A stretch of DNA of 64,000 nucleotides from the human T2T-CHM13v2.0 reference genome, Homo sapiens. Of the stretch, positions 63,200 through 64,000 are shown piece after piece. The position numbers and the translations under genes were made by a program. A model generated the notes under the pieces. The model worked only from the letters and a program-made list of their open reading frames with translations, had not been told where the DNA came from and ran no database searches. The stretch lies in assembly GCF_009914755.1 (NCBI RefSeq), contig NC_060936.1; one strand, written 5' to 3'. Position 1 is the first letter of the stretch. Every line of letters begins with the position of its first letter.

Positions 63200-64000
63200 A
63201 TGATCATCATAGCCCTCCTCCTAGCTGCTCTAACTTCTCACTCTTGTCCAAGCATGACTGGTTCTTTCAGATGACAGGGCCTTTGAAGATTACATTTCAC
63301 CTAGAATTTCCCTCTCCCTCACTGTACCTGGAATTCTTTTATTCAAAAAGCTCAAATATCTTTCTGTTGTGAGGCTAAGTTATTCATTCATCTTGGGAGC
63401 TCCCATTACACTATATCCATCATTTATTCAACAGACTAAAAAAAGTCTCTCTCCTATATTAGGCCATTAGAGGCTTCAGGACAGGAGGAGCACTTCTTAT
63501 CCATCTTTCCATCTCTAGTATTAAATACAAGACTAGTATGCAGAAAGTGTCAAGAAACTCTTTTGAATGAATGACTGAATTATTTCCACACCAACTGATG
63601 ACTCCAAAAGTATAACCTCACACCTGTACCTTGGCAGCAGCCTCATAACTAGGTTTCCTAAATCTACCCAAGAGGCGAGAGCCCCAGTTAGTTCTGGGCA
63701 TCACTGCCGTAGTGATCTTTGACTCCTGTCATGGCACACTCTGCTAAAAAAATAATAAATTCCCTTTGCCTGTAGACAGAAGTTGGACTTGAATTCATAG
63801 ACCATTGGAATCTGGCTTCAGCCTCTCATGTACATCATCACTGTAGTCTTAATCCTCCCTGATCCTACCCCCTCCTGGTCTACACTCTGCCTCCCATATC
63901 CACCTGTGTCCACCTGAGTCCCATCAATTCTTCAAAACTCAGCATGTCTCACATTGTGCATGAGTCAGCCTCAGGATACTCAGGAAAATCTCTCCTATAG
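63200..64000 (+). mobile_element. L2 fragments
   Basis: L2 3' terminus TTTTGAATGAATGACTGAAT near 63580, and further L2-like sequence to the window end. Confidence 0.55.

Overview
AT-rich primate (human-like) genomic DNA from inside the minus-strand gene SLC2A13 (HMIT, H+/myo-inositol cotransporter). It contains one 209-bp coding exon (50199-50407, probably exon 3); everything else is intron. The intron is dense in transposon relics: a full-length but dead L1PA2-like LINE-1 (217-6236) whose antisense ORF0 is still intact, a THE1A provirus with nested L1PB, Alu and MER11 insertions, solo MaLR LTRs, about 14 Alus, and MIR, L2, old L1 and DNA-transposon fragments. Best leads: (1) the L1 antisense promoter and ORF0 face the same way as SLC2A13, and the ORF0 SD1 splice donor has the same phase as the intron it sits in, predicting an in-frame ORF0-HMIT C-terminal fusion; (2) a series of local templated duplications and fold-back inversions, including a perfect 98-bp direct copy, an 80-bp copy and a 90-bp inverted pair; (3) inverted Alus bracketing the coding exon; (4) a non-canonical L1PB insertion replacing part of the THE1A interior. 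Repeat subfamily names come from recalled consensus sequences, and boundaries without TSD support are approximate. I see no prokaryote-type system such as CRISPR, and none of the leads is demonstrated to be functional.
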